64,000 nucleotides of DNA from Candidatus Sungiibacteriota bacterium (lineage in GTDB: Bacteria; Patescibacteriota; Minisyncoccia; Sungbacterales; JACQCQ01): positions 65,991 to 129,990 of the forward strand of contig JACQCQ010000009.1 in NCBI GenBank assembly GCA_016201505.1, written 5' to 3'. Under the pieces are notes generated by a model, which worked only from the letters and a program-made list of their open reading frames with translations, was not told where the DNA came from and ran no database searches. Made by a program: the position numbers and the translations under genes. Of this stretch, positions 30,003 to 39,465 are shown in pieces. Position 1 is the stretch's first letter, and every line of letters begins with the position of its first letter.

Positions 30003-30143
30003 TAGTCGCGAATATACCTGCCCGCCATCAGCCTGTCGTACGGAGTAGACAATCATTCGAGAGTATAGAGTGCTTCACGAAAAAGATTGCACCTCGCGGC
30101 ACAGGCATCTGGCAGGCGGGCGAATGGTCGCAAAATATACGAA
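30001..30143 (+). repeat. Left arm of a ~140-bp inverted repeat (right arm 31057-31199)
   Basis: Near-identical reverse complement over ~120 bp, looser over the last ~20 bp. Confidence 0.9.
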
Positions 30144-30186
30144 TACGTGAAGTCATCCGAGGGAAGAGTTTTTTTATGTGAGCCGA

Positions 30187-31050
30187 TTATGGGCTGACTT
30201 CCTGGAATCCCGGAACTTTTAAGACGGTGATAAGGCTCACATTACTTGTTAAGCCATTGTAGGCCGCGGTAATATTTGCCGCTCCCACACTTGATGAAAC
30301 TGCGGTAACCAACCCTTTGCCGGCGCCATTATTTACCGTCGCTGCGGCGGTATTGTCAGAAGACCAATTGGCCGAAGCCGTTACATCCGAAGGCCCCGCG
30401 CCCCCCGGTCCATCGGGGTCATAGGTGGCGGTAAGCTGTACCGTCTGGGTGGGGTTTAAGGATTTACTAATTGGCGAAATAGTCAGCGTTGCCGTGTTGA
30501 TGACGACCGTATCGCCCGTGGTGCCTCCCGGGCCGGTACAAGAGAGCGTGTAGGATTGTGAAGCAGTTATATTGCCGGTCGACTGGCCGGGATTGGATGT
30601 GCCGGTCCAGCCGCCGGGAGAGACGGTGCAACTTGTTGCGTGAGCCGAAGTCCAGGAGAGCGTGGCCGCAGTATTATAGGTGATCACAATCGGCCCATCC
30701 GCGCCGTTCGCCTTAATGTCGGGTGTTGGCAAGGTACAATCCGGTGTGGTTATCGTCTGCGTATCGTCAATCGTATGGCCGCTGCCGGTGATATAGACCC
30801 AGATGCCGTAGTTGGTAAGCGAAAGGGGTACCGCTCCCGGCCCCCAGTCGACCGAGGTGGCTGAACAGGGTATGCCAGACCCGCAGGCGGGAGTAAAGAT
30901 GGCAGCCCCAGTCGCGTCAGTCCAGCGGGAGGGGGAGTATTGGCTGATGGCCGCGGCACTCGAATGTCCGTTTGAAAAAAATAAAACACCGCCCGCAGCT
31001 ATCAGGCCGAAGGCGAGTATCGAGATTGCGGCGACTTTAGTGCGCGACAT
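30187..31050 (-). CDS. Surface protein with N-terminal TM and Ig-like (Big_2-like) domains
   Basis: L.W.S..ATSC, YTLSC.G.GG, V.LTAT, DVT..A.WSS....ATV. Confidence 0.8.
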   Translation of the reverse strand: MSRTKVAAISILAFGLIAAGGVLFFSNGHSSAAAISQYSPSRWTDATGAAIFTPACGSGIPCSATSVDWGPGAVPLSLTNYGIWVYITGSGHTIDDTQTITTPDCTLPTPDIKANGADGPIVITYNTAATLSWTSAHATSCTVSPGGWTGTSNPGQSTGNITASQSYTLSCTGPGGTTGDTVVINTATLTISPISKSLNPTQTVQLTATYDPDGPGGAGPSDVTASANWSSDNTAAATVNNGAGKGLVTAVSSSVGAANITAAYNGLTSNVSLITVLKVPGFQEVSP

Positions 31051-31056
31051 ATCTTC

Positions 31057-31199
31057 TTCGTCTATTTGGGGAGGATTTGCCCGCCCGCCAGATGCCCGTG
31101 CCGCGAGGTGCAATCTTTTTCGTGAAGCACTCTATACTCTCGAATGATTGTCTACTGCGTACGACAGGCTGATGGCGGGCAGGTATATTCGCGATTACT
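31057..31199 (-). repeat. Right arm of the ~140-bp inverted repeat
   Basis: Reverse complement of 30001-30143. Confidence 0.9.
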
Positions 31200-31916
31200 T
31201 ACTCAACGGGCGGCACTTCGTGGAAATTATTTACCGGCTGGTTTACCTGAACATGCGCCGAGCCCGAGCCGTTGTTTCCGGTTACGGTGCAGTCTTGGGA
31301 AACTGTCGGGGCCAACGTCACCTGACCGTTTATAGATCCGTTGCCGAGGTCTCCCGTACAGCTGTAGATTCCCTGGCCGCATGCGGGGCATGAAAGGACC
31401 GTTGTCTGGCCTCTTGTAATGGTTGGGGGGGTAAACGAGACCGGGGCATTCCCGGGCGGCGTGCCTGGCGGTGGTGTCCCGGGCGGCGGCGGGGGGGGCG
31501 TCCCCGCGCTGCAATCCGGTGTGGTTATCGTCTGCGTATCGTCAATCGTATGGCCGCTGCCGGTGATATAGACCCAGATGCCGTAGTTGGTAAGCGAAAG
31601 GGGTACCGCTCCCGGCCCCCAGTCGACCGAGGTGGCTGAACAGGGTATGCCAGCTGTAGGAGTCACACGTGGCAGCTGACGTATCAGTCCAGTTGATGGT
31701 GATGATGGGTTGGCCATTTGAGCATGAAGTGGTGAGGGCGGAAGACCCGCAGGCGGGAGTAAAGATGGCAGCCCCAGTCGCGTCAGTCCAGCGGGAGGGG
31801 GATTTAAGGGCGCTTGCAGTTGAATGGTTGGAAAACGCCAAAACTCCGCCAGCGACAGAAAAGGCGGCAGCTATGATGAGCAGTGAAATTAATCGAGAGC
31901 GCGGCATTGATTCCAT
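31199..31916 (-). pseudogene. Frameshifted paralogue of the 30187-31050 surface protein
   Basis: Two overlapping ORFs share identical DNA blocks with the neighbouring gene; an extra 91 bp (31654-31744) shifts the frame. Confidence 0.7.
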
Positions 31917-32147
31917 TATACCCGGTAATGAAACTTCGACAATAAAAAATGCCCACATGGCAGAGATTTATCCCTATCCACCTTTTTTGTTCTGTATTGA
32001 ATTGCATAGGAGGCAATGCGCGGTGCAGCAGTCGAAGTTCTACTAACCGGGTTATAGGCCGCTTATCTCTAATTTACTTTTCTTTTATCCACACAAGATT
32101 ATTCATCCCGCACCAAAAAGTTCCCGTGCGGGAACTTTTTGGTGCGG

Positions 32148-32348
32148 CTATTTCATCGCAAGCAGATCTCGTAAATCTTTTACGTCACTCTCCAAGCGCT
32201 CAATGCGGCGTTTATGGTCAGCCAGGATTAGTTTCTCAATGCGATCAAACCGTTTATGAACATCTTCAAATTGCCGATCAATATCATTAAAACCACGCTG
32301 GACCATGCTCGCGAGCCCTTCTATCGTCACTTTCTTTTTGGTAGCCAT
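32148..32348 (-). CDS. Small coiled-coil protein (paralogue at 60259)
   Basis: TIE.LA.MV.RGF...D..F...R.ERLE pattern. Confidence 0.7.
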   Translation of the reverse strand: MATKKKVTIEGLASMVQRGFNDIDRQFEDVHKRFDRIEKLILADHKRRIERLESDVKDLRDLLAMK

Positions 32349-32394
32349 GTTTAGTATGTTAAAGGTATCAAGTCTAACGAATCTGTCAAAATTC

Positions 32395-33177
32395 TCACCT
32401 GAATGCTTCACTCCTCCGCAAATTTTCTTTGATAGCCGCTTTAAATTGATCGAGCCCCTGGGCCGCATCATCTTTTTGATTCCCCGGGTAGGCTTTATAC
32501 CAATCTTGGAGCGAAAGGTGATGGGCTAAATTCAGTGCTGATTCAAATGAATTTTGGGCGTCTTTTTCGCCTAAGTTTAACTCTGCCACCCCGAGCGCGT
32601 TCCAAAGCCAGGGATTGGTATCGGCGTTTGGAATCTTTCGCATCGCGAGCCGTATGGTTTCTTTGGCTTCTTTAAACTTCCCGTCTTTGGAATAGACCCA
32701 GGCCAAATCATTGTATCCCGCCCATTCAGACGGTGCCCACTCAGTAAATCTTCTAAAATTGTCTTCAGCTTTCACTAAGTCGCCCTGTGTCCCGTAAATT
32801 AATCCCCGCACGTAGAGTGTGCGTAAATTTCCGGGATTGGCTCCGAGCTCTTTCGCAGTTTCACTAATCGCCTGATCGAATTTTCCCTCAATAAAATAAA
32901 TCCGCGCCAATTGATAGTGCCCCCAAAAAATACGGGGATCAATTGTCACTGCTTTCCGGTAGGCTTTCTCGGCAATGTCTAAGTTGTATGCACCGCCGTT
33001 GAAATAATACGCCCCAATGCCCGAGGCCAACTTCGCGTCCGTTTGGTCGAGTGTAACGGCAACCTCTCCCCAGCGATGTCCCCACAGAACCCGCGCCAGA
33101 GCCGTAGCTTGCCAATATAAAATCAGCGCACTAAAAAATAAAAAAGCAATGATGTATTGCCCTGTGTTTCTATACAT
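32395..33177 (-). CDS. Membrane-anchored TPR protein
   Basis: N-terminal TM followed by TPR repeats (A.KAY.KA..IDP, HYQLARIY, YNDLAW). Confidence 0.85.
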   Translation of the reverse strand: MYRNTGQYIIAFLFFSALILYWQATALARVLWGHRWGEVAVTLDQTDAKLASGIGAYYFNGGAYNLDIAEKAYRKAVTIDPRIFWGHYQLARIYFIEGKFDQAISETAKELGANPGNLRTLYVRGLIYGTQGDLVKAEDNFRRFTEWAPSEWAGYNDLAWVYSKDGKFKEAKETIRLAMRKIPNADTNPWLWNALGVAELNLGEKDAQNSFESALNLAHHLSLQDWYKAYPGNQKDDAAQGLDQFKAAIKENLRRSEAFR

Positions 33178-33213
33178 AAGTATCTTTGCGTTGAAGAACA
33201 CAGTAATAGGGGA

Positions 33214-33555
33214 TTACAGTCTGTCTCTCAACATCATAGGAAAACAGTAGCGCTGAATAATCAGCGAACAGTAGCAAAAATTAAGACCCCCATAACATTT
33301 CGGACACTCCCAATGTTCGGCGTACGCATAGGGTTTCGGGTCCTTTTTCAGAACATCAACAACCATATCGCCTATGTGACATTTTACAACACCGGTTCGA
33401 TGGGCAATGTCCAGTTCCTTCTTTCGGAAAAGCGGAATTTTGCCGAAATAGTGGCCCCCTCGATATCTGCCGCCCTTATACTGTGTGAGCCAGATATCCC
33501 TCGTACATATTGAGCATTTCTTTATAGATCGTTTCTTGATTTCTTTATATGCCAT
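33214..33555 (-). CDS. Hypothetical zinc-binding protein
   Basis: CSIC...WECPKCY; paralogue at 34838-35116. Confidence 0.65.
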   Translation of the reverse strand: MAYKEIKKRSIKKCSICTRDIWLTQYKGGRYRGGHYFGKIPLFRKKELDIAHRTGVVKCHIGDMVVDVLKKDPKPYAYAEHWECPKCYGGLNFCYCSLIIQRYCFPMMLRDRL

Positions 33556-33634
33556 AAATTAAGATAACGCGTTGCAATTTCGACTAGAGCGTGCCACTTT
33601 AATCTGGGTGCTTCCAAAACGAAGAATGTTAAAT

Positions 33635-33862
33635 TCACAAATAATTCGAAAACTGTTCGGGAGTAAACTCTATTTCGCGTAAAATCTGACGCAATAATCC
33701 GCGGCCTATGTCCTCGCCTCCGTGTTTCGGCACAAGCGTCGTTCTCCCGTCCGGATGCTGAAAGAAAATGTGTGAACCGCTCTGACGCACTTTCGTAAAG
33801 CCGATGGAATATAAAACGCGCATGAGATCGCGCGCCTTCAGCATCCGCACCTTTTTGCTCAT
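33635..33862 (-). CDS. HicA-family toxin
   Basis: GF..VRQSGSH....HPDGR.T.VP.H...I..GLL..IL. Confidence 0.92.
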   Translation of the reverse strand: MSKKVRMLKARDLMRVLYSIGFTKVRQSGSHIFFQHPDGRTTLVPKHGGEDIGRGLLRQILREIEFTPEQFSNYL

Positions 33863-33869
33863 GATCTAT

Positions 33870-34124
33870 CTATATGGTAACCACCTCCATTCCCACGAAC
33901 GCCGGTTCATACGCGAACCATTTAATTCTCTTCCGGTACAACGGATTTATTCTTGTGACCTCGAGTGAGAGACGAATCGCGTCGCGGACTCGTTCTCGGA
34001 GCTCATTCATTGTTTTTGCCTGGGTTGAACATCCCGGCAATGCAGGAACCGACGCAACAAAATAGCCGTCTTCGTCGTGCTCGACTACAACTTTAAATTG
34101 ATTTTGCGAGAATCTCTTATTCAT
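33870..34124 (-). CDS. HicB-family antitoxin
   Basis: E.DEDG..VASVPALPGC.TQAKT..E. Confidence 0.92.
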   Translation of the reverse strand: MNKRFSQNQFKVVVEHDEDGYFVASVPALPGCSTQAKTMNELRERVRDAIRLSLEVTRINPLYRKRIKWFAYEPAFVGMEVVTI

Positions 34125-34225
34125 AAAACCCGAAGATAGATATTATACAATCTACCGTATTAATGGTCAGAAATCAATCATCCGGCATCATCCAATATCA
34201 ATACTCTAATCTTTCTATAAAGTCT

Positions 34226-34335
34226 TTTACCCCTCACGCCAGAAAGCTCCGTTTGTAAAGACGGAGACGAATAGCTAAAAAACGCGAAGTAGAGGCCAGA
34301 AAGCCATGAGTGTACACCCGTAGTGTGGGAGTTTA
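34226..34335. repeat. ~100-bp dispersed element (copy 2 of 20231-20330)
   Basis: TTTACCCCTCACGCCAGAAAG...AAAAAACGCGAAGTAGAGGCCAGAAAGCC...GTGTGGGAGTTTA. Confidence 0.7.
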
Positions 34336-34357
34336 CGAGAATTTGCGCCCCAGCATT

Positions 34358-34645
34358 TCAACCCAAATAAATCCGTGCCAGCTGATAATGCCCCCACAAA
34401 ATCTTCGGATCAATCGCCACCGCTTTTTTGTAGCCTTTTTCTGCGAGATTTAAATCATACGCCCCGCCGTTGAAGTAATAGCCGCCAATTTGAGAGGCAA
34501 GTTTAGCGTCTTTTCTATCAAGCATTATGGCAATTTGTCCCCACCGATGATGCTCCCAGGCTATTTCAGCGAGTGTAGTGCCTACAGAATACAAAATCAA
34601 CGCACAAAAAAACAAAACAGCAACAATAGCGTGCCAAGATTTCAT
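34358..34645 (-). pseudogene. Truncated paralogue of the TPR gene (N-terminal third)
   Basis: DAKLAS.IG.YYFNGGAY.L..AEK.Y.KAV.IDP.I.WGHYQLARIY matches 32395-33177, then stops. Confidence 0.8.
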
Positions 34646-34746
34646 CCCGTTAGAGAATTAACGAGTAACTTTATGGCAAGTTTAATGTCTCTATGTGTCG
34701 TGAGCCTCATTTTGAAATACAGCCCCGATTAATTCTCTAACGGGAT
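34644..34746. repeat. CCCGTTAG...CTAACGGG element (copy 2)
   Basis: Perfect 18-bp inverted repeat ATCCCGTTAGAGAATTAA; supplies the ATG of the truncated TPR gene. Confidence 0.8.
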
Positions 34747-34837
34747 TCATCCATTCACGATCGCGTCTGCCTGCTCGCCTCGCTGGAGCTTTGGCGAAGC
34801 GGGCTGGCAGAGCTTCTAATTGGTATTCATAAAAAAA

Positions 34838-35116
34838 TTAAGATCCCCAATAACAAACGGGGTATTCCCAATACTCGACGTACGCATAGGGTTTCGGATC
34901 CTTTTCCAGAACGTCAATAATCATAGTGTCTAGGCGGCGTTTGATCGCGCCGGCACGATGGACAATGTCCAATTCCTTCTTTCGGAAAAGCGGAATCTTG
35001 CCGAAATAGTGACCCCACGGTATCTGCCATCGCAATACTTACTGTATGAGCTGGATATCCCCCGTGCATATTGAGCATTTCTTAACAGATCGCTTCTTGA
35101 TTTCTCTTCTCACCAT
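34838..35116 (-). pseudogene. Frameshifted paralogue of 33214-33555
   Basis: GHYFGKIPLFRKKELDI.HR and KDPKPYAY shared; N-terminus in another frame. Confidence 0.75.
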
Positions 35117-35134
35117 AAAGAAGATGATACTGAC

Positions 35135-35395
35135 TCAAGAATACAAGTTACTATGCTTATCGATAATGGTAAACTCAACAGTAGTCTCATCGAGAGTTTT
35201 ATAGAAAGCACGGAAATCGCCAGTGACATTGATACTGCGGAAATCCCGCCACTCACCATGGAGAGCATGATTGTTGAGTGTCGGGTTAAAGGGATCAGCC
35301 ATAAATAGCCGAAGCCTTTTCTTGAATTTGTTTCTTACCGATACCGGAAGTTTTTGATAGTTTTTATCAAAATTCTTATGAAAGAGAACTTTCAT
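35135..35395 (-). CDS. RelE/YafQ-family mRNA interferase toxin
   Basis: F.K.Y.KL, L.NH.L.G.W...RSINVTGD.RA.Y, H..LY. Confidence 0.9.
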   Translation of the reverse strand: MKVLFHKNFDKNYQKLPVSVRNKFKKRLRLFMADPFNPTLNNHALHGEWRDFRSINVTGDFRAFYKTLDETTVEFTIIDKHSNLYS

Positions 35396-35667
35396 AGTCG
35401 ATCAAGGTACTGAAGTGCTTCTTTATGGGTGAACGGCCCACGAGCATTCTTCCTGCCCCTGATGTCTTTTATAATTTGCATAAGCAGTTTCTGGGTGCGT
35501 CTGTTCGGTACCGGAGGCGCTGAAAAAATAACCCGCTTTTCCCGTATGAATTCCTTAAGATAGGCGTTAATAATGGTTCCCAACGGAAGTCCAAGCTCCC
35601 GTGCCGCCAGCTGCGCTTCTTCCTTAAGCTTTTTGTCGGTTTTTATATTCAGCAGTATTTTTTCCAT
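35392..35667 (-). CDS. RelB/DinJ-family antitoxin
   Basis: NIKTD..LK..AQ..A.ELGL.L.T.INA.L..F. Confidence 0.88.
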   Translation of the reverse strand: MEKILLNIKTDKKLKEEAQLAARELGLPLGTIINAYLKEFIREKRVIFSAPPVPNRRTQKLLMQIIKDIRGRKNARGPFTHKEALQYLDRL

Positions 35668-35731
35668 ATATCCATAATATATACTTTGGTTGTATTTCCC
35701 GTCAATGGTATAGACTGAACCAAATTCAAAT

Positions 35732-35815
35732 TCACGCGGCTTCGGCGAGTGTCGTGCGTAGAGAATACGAAACTGATGCGCCGAAAAATAAAATCACAGT
35801 AAGTAACTGCCAGAT
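35732..35815 (-). pseudogene. 5'-end fragment of a TPR-gene homologue
   Basis: Reads IWQLLTVILFFGASVSYSLRTTLAEAA*, resembling SWHAIVAVLFFCALILYSVGTTLAEIA. Confidence 0.55.
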
Positions 35816-35816
35816 C

Positions 35817-36104
35817 TTAGGCATAGGTGTCCTCTCTCCTGAGTCCGCAGTAGTGGAAACTCACTCCACGGTCTTTAATATCATAGCGAAAACGAAGACG
35901 TCCCAAAGACAGCCTCCACCGTCCTTCGCCCTGGGGGATATCGATAAGTTTTTTGATCGCGTAATGATGTGTTTGGTTATACGGATCAGTCTCAAGGATG
36001 CCGATTGCACGAACGTAGATGCCTTTTACCTCCGGGTTACGCTTTATAAGCGCACGAAGCAGGCGCTCAAAATGAGGGGTAGCGGAAACTAAAAAAGACG
36101 GCAT
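35817..36104 (-). CDS. RelE-like toxin
   Basis: L..DPY, IKKL, G.WRL..G..R.RYDI, RREDTY. Confidence 0.85.
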   Translation of the reverse strand: MPSFLVSATPHFERLLRALIKRNPEVKGIYVRAIGILETDPYNQTHHYAIKKLIDIPQGEGRWRLSLGRLRFRYDIKDRGVSFHYCGLRREDTYA

Positions 36105-36110
36105 GGGTCC

Positions 36111-36392
36111 TTACCGTTTGATCTTTCTTTCTAGAGAAGGAGAAAGCTCTGCCAAAATTGCCCGAGCCGGACGAGCTTTGCCCGCCAGATATTCTTTTCG
36201 GCTCACTTCAATGTGAGCTTTCACTTTGGGATCTCGTAGCTCGAGATAATCCTCAAACTCGTCAATATCCATAACACCGGCAACAGGGATACCATCCTTT
36301 TCTAAAATTATATATTCCTTGTTTAGATGTACCCGCTTGATAATAGCTCCAAGATTAATCCGGGCTTTTGTAAGTGGGAGACGCTGCACCAT
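36111..36392 (-). CDS. Phd/YefM-family antitoxin
   Basis: T.AR.NLG..I.RV.....I..K.G.PVA......E. Confidence 0.88.
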   Translation of the reverse strand: MVQRLPLTKARINLGAIIKRVHLNKEYIILEKDGIPVAGVMDIDEFEDYLELRDPKVKAHIEVSRKEYLAGKARPARAILAELSPSLERKIKR

Positions 36393-36449
36393 ACCAATTG
36401 ATTAAGATTGATTAATGCTAGCAATTATACATTATCGACTGGACGAGAT

Positions 36450-36551
36450 TCAAATTCCTGCGGCTTCAGTGAGTGTGGTACTTTGCCAATACAAAAAGTA
36501 GCCGACTATAACCAAGAATAGGATGAGATATGAGATTATTCTTTTCTGCAC
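36450..36551 (-). pseudogene. 5'-end fragment of a TPR-gene homologue
   Basis: Reads (M)QKRIISYLILFLVIVGYFLYWQSTTLTEAAGI*, resembling YIIAFLFFSALILYWQATALAR. Confidence 0.55.
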
Positions 36552-36564
36552 AGGCAAGTTTCTC

Positions 36565-37293
36565 CTAGTGCCCAATTGCTAGTGTATAAATTAGTGATTC
36601 GTTAACCCCATCAATATTAAGAAGCCTTTCTAGGCTCTCATCTCTTGTGCCCACTAAGGCACAACACTTTAACCCAAGTACATTCGTGGTCAAATATACG
36701 TTTTGACCAATGTGTCCGCTCTCAATAAATATATAGCGATAACCCCTTTCCCCATATTTATTTTGTGTTCTCCAGAAAACCGCGCTCATTAACAAGACCA
36801 CACTGGCATTTTTTACCCACGGATATGTGAAATACGAGTCAATTTCAGCATCAGTAAATTCTCGTTGTTCTAGTATGTCGAGTTGGTGTGTTTTTACATT
36901 ATAGTGATATAGACCAGCGATAATATCTTTACTCGGGCGAAAGATCAGAGGATATATCTCAATAGGGAATCTTCCACCTGCAGATGGTTGTGCCCGAAGT
37001 GGTTGGTTGTCCCTAATGCCATTTTCTCCACAGGAATGCTTAAGTAATACTGAAAGCTCATGAAGCATAATTGGCTCTCGATTAAAATCACGGCGTGATC
37101 TTCTTTGTTTTATCAGATCGAAAAAGTCTGCCCTAAGAGAAATGTTTGCAAGGTCGATTTTAGGTAAGCGGGGGTATGATTTATAGTATATTGTTTTCCA
37201 TTCATCGGGCCATTCTTCAAAAGGAATTGGTGGGTGGCCTTTGGCATGATCTTTTGATGATGAATGGAAGAGGCGAGAAAAATCCGAATTCAT
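36565..37293 (-). CDS. SagB/ThcOx-family FMN-dependent azoline dehydrogenase
   Basis: RRS.R.F, R..PSAGG.FP.E.Y, GLYHY, catalytic KY in KYGERGYRY, ESGHIGQN. Confidence 0.93.
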   Translation of the reverse strand: MNSDFSRLFHSSSKDHAKGHPPIPFEEWPDEWKTIYYKSYPRLPKIDLANISLRADFFDLIKQRRSRRDFNREPIMLHELSVLLKHSCGENGIRDNQPLRAQPSAGGRFPIEIYPLIFRPSKDIIAGLYHYNVKTHQLDILEQREFTDAEIDSYFTYPWVKNASVVLLMSAVFWRTQNKYGERGYRYIFIESGHIGQNVYLTTNVLGLKCCALVGTRDESLERLLNIDGVNESLIYTLAIGH

Positions 37294-37467
37294 ATCAACA
37301 CATTATATCTCAACGCATATTGGTTCCAAAACATTAGAGCTTGCTGTCCCCCTCTCAAGCACTTGACAAATTCATTTGCAGGATGTATATAAATAATACA
37401 GGAACTTAATAGGTTATTTGGTCCTTATACCAAGTCGCTCTAATCCTCGAGACTGGAGAACAGAGCA

Positions 37468-37740
37468 ATGATAAAGATACTGTTCTTGGTGCTCTCAATC
37501 TCGGCAGTGGTAGGAGGCGAAGTCTTCGGTCAGGAGACAGGACGTGTTGCTAGCCCGATCGTCGCCACAAGGTCAGATCTTGCGACAGAAAGGGCTATCA
37601 GTGAGGGTCTCAATGCAATCTGCCACGATCGGGGCAGAGGATTTCATTGGGATGGAGAAAAGTGCAACCCTATCAGCGAGGATGCGAGAAAGATCATGAG
37701 AGGGGATATCGAACACCTCAACCAGCCGCCGCTCTTCTAG
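37468..37740 (+). CDS. Small secreted hypothetical protein
   Basis: Signal peptide, GGAG Shine-Dalgarno, upstream TTGACA..TATATA. Confidence 0.55.
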   Translation: MIKILFLVLSISAVVGGEVFGQETGRVASPIVATRSDLATERAISEGLNAICHDRGRGFHWDGEKCNPISEDARKIMRGDIEHLNQPPLF

Positions 37741-37775
37741 AATGTGACGTGGACCCCGGAAGGAGTAGAGTTCCT

Positions 37776-38393
37776 ATGAGACAAACTCTGTCGCCGGCGA
37801 TTTTCTTAGCCGCCGCCGTACTTCTGACGTCGGCTCCTACGGCCGTTGCGCAATCAGAGGCGCCCCCACCCAATGTGAAAGTTGTCCCATCTCCCAGTCC
37901 AAATCCGGGGAGTTGGTGGCTTCTGGAAACCCCAAGTGGGAGCCTCAAGATCGAGCTTTTGTCGGTTGACGCGAGTAAGTTCGTAGCACGAGTAGGAGAA
38001 CGGCAGGTTCCCTATACTAGGGAATGGAACATGCTGGTGGGCGTCGGAAGAACTGGCGCACCAGTGGACTACAATCCTCACTTGCGTTCGCTTTCCTTTC
38101 CTCTGTGGGAGGGAAAGCGCTGGGGCGGAGTCGTCTGGTGGACAGCTGGACCCGAAAGCGGTTCGTTCTCTGTCAACGCGCAGGCGAAGAAGTGGGAGCG
38201 GATTGGGGTCTTGGCAGGGACGTTCGAAGCGCTGCGTGTCGAGACCACTACTTCAGGGGCACAGCTCAATTTCTGGCTGAAATGCTGGTACGTGCCTGAA
38301 GTTCAGCGCTTCATCAAGTGCGATTCCAACAACGCCAGGTTGCAGTTCGAGCTCTCGCAATACGGCCTTGTTGGTTCAACCGCAAGTCAGTAA
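37776..38393 (+). CDS. Secreted beta-rich hypothetical protein
   Basis: Signal peptide ending AVA; FPL..GK.W, E.I.V.AGTFEA.RVE, WY.PEV..F.K. Confidence 0.7.
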   Translation: MRQTLSPAIFLAAAVLLTSAPTAVAQSEAPPPNVKVVPSPSPNPGSWWLLETPSGSLKIELLSVDASKFVARVGERQVPYTREWNMLVGVGRTGAPVDYNPHLRSLSFPLWEGKRWGGVVWWTAGPESGSFSVNAQAKKWERIGVLAGTFEALRVETTTSGAQLNFWLKCWYVPEVQRFIKCDSNNARLQFELSQYGLVGSTASQ

Positions 38394-38458
38394 GTCAGGG
38401 AACCATTGATGTAAAGACCAACGGTCCGAGGCATAACCTTGGACTGTTTTATTTGATC

Positions 38459-39463
38459 CTAACTAAAGACAGTGTACATTTTTAATATGCCCGCACCTAC
38501 TCTCATTAAGAGAGAGTCGGGAACGAGATGGAGCGTATTCTCTACGTCATTTTTGGTTGATCGCGTTGGCTTAGCGACGAAATCGTGAATTCCGTTTGAA
38601 CAAAGTTTGAATGCCACGAGACAGCCGCCATGTATCCTGGTCGTTTTGTAGTAATAATCGGAGGGATTTAATATCTCGGCGAGTTTCGGGTCATACAGTA
38701 ACGCGCCCAAGCTGTAAAAAATTAATCCATCCCTATACCTTTCAATTAGCTGCATTCCGTGCGGCTGATGTCCGACGACAATATTCGCTCCATAATCAAT
38801 TGCTAGTCGGTAATACATTTTTTGATGTTCGTCAGGGAAGAAAGAAAATCCCGCATAAACGTTTCCGACTGTGTGCAGCGCGACAATGACAATGTCAGAC
38901 GATACTCTCGCTCGTTTTATCGCACCGGAGAGGTGCTCCTTTGTTAACGACGCTACGCCGCTTTTTCCTTGTGCTGGATGCATATTCTCGTCCAGCAGGT
39001 CGGTCTGTGCTAAAAAAGACACCCGAAGATTTTGAAGGTTAACTACCTTCGGCATGAAAGCCTCATAGTTATCTTCTCCTATTCAGATGAAGTCAATTTT
39101 TTCGGTTTTTAACAAATTAAGGCATTCCTCGAGTGCAGTTCTGCCATAGTCAAAACTATGGTTATTCGCAAAAGATAAAATATAACGGCGATCCCCCCTG
39201 AACAAACTAAAAATCGCTGGGTCAGATCGAAAAAGAAACTCCTGGTTCCCGTTTCTTCTTGGCTGGCCGCCACGGGAAATGACGCCCTCGTAATTAAGAA
39301 ATATTACGTCACTTTTTTCTATGGTGTCTCGAAACTTTCCCCATATAGAATTGTGATCAATCTTGGACACCCCCCTACTAGTTTCCGTATTAAAAATCAA
39401 ATCACCGCCGACTAGAACGGTTCCTTGATATTGACATGCCGTATGTTGAAATATCTGCATCAT
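38459..39463 (-). pseudogene. CapA/PgsA-family metallophosphoesterase interrupted by one in-frame TGA
   Basis: GGD, N.EG, ANNHS.DYG, LH, GA..VVGH.PH, YSLG; TGA at 39083-39085 with both halves in the same frame. Confidence 0.85.
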
Positions 39464-39465
39464 TG

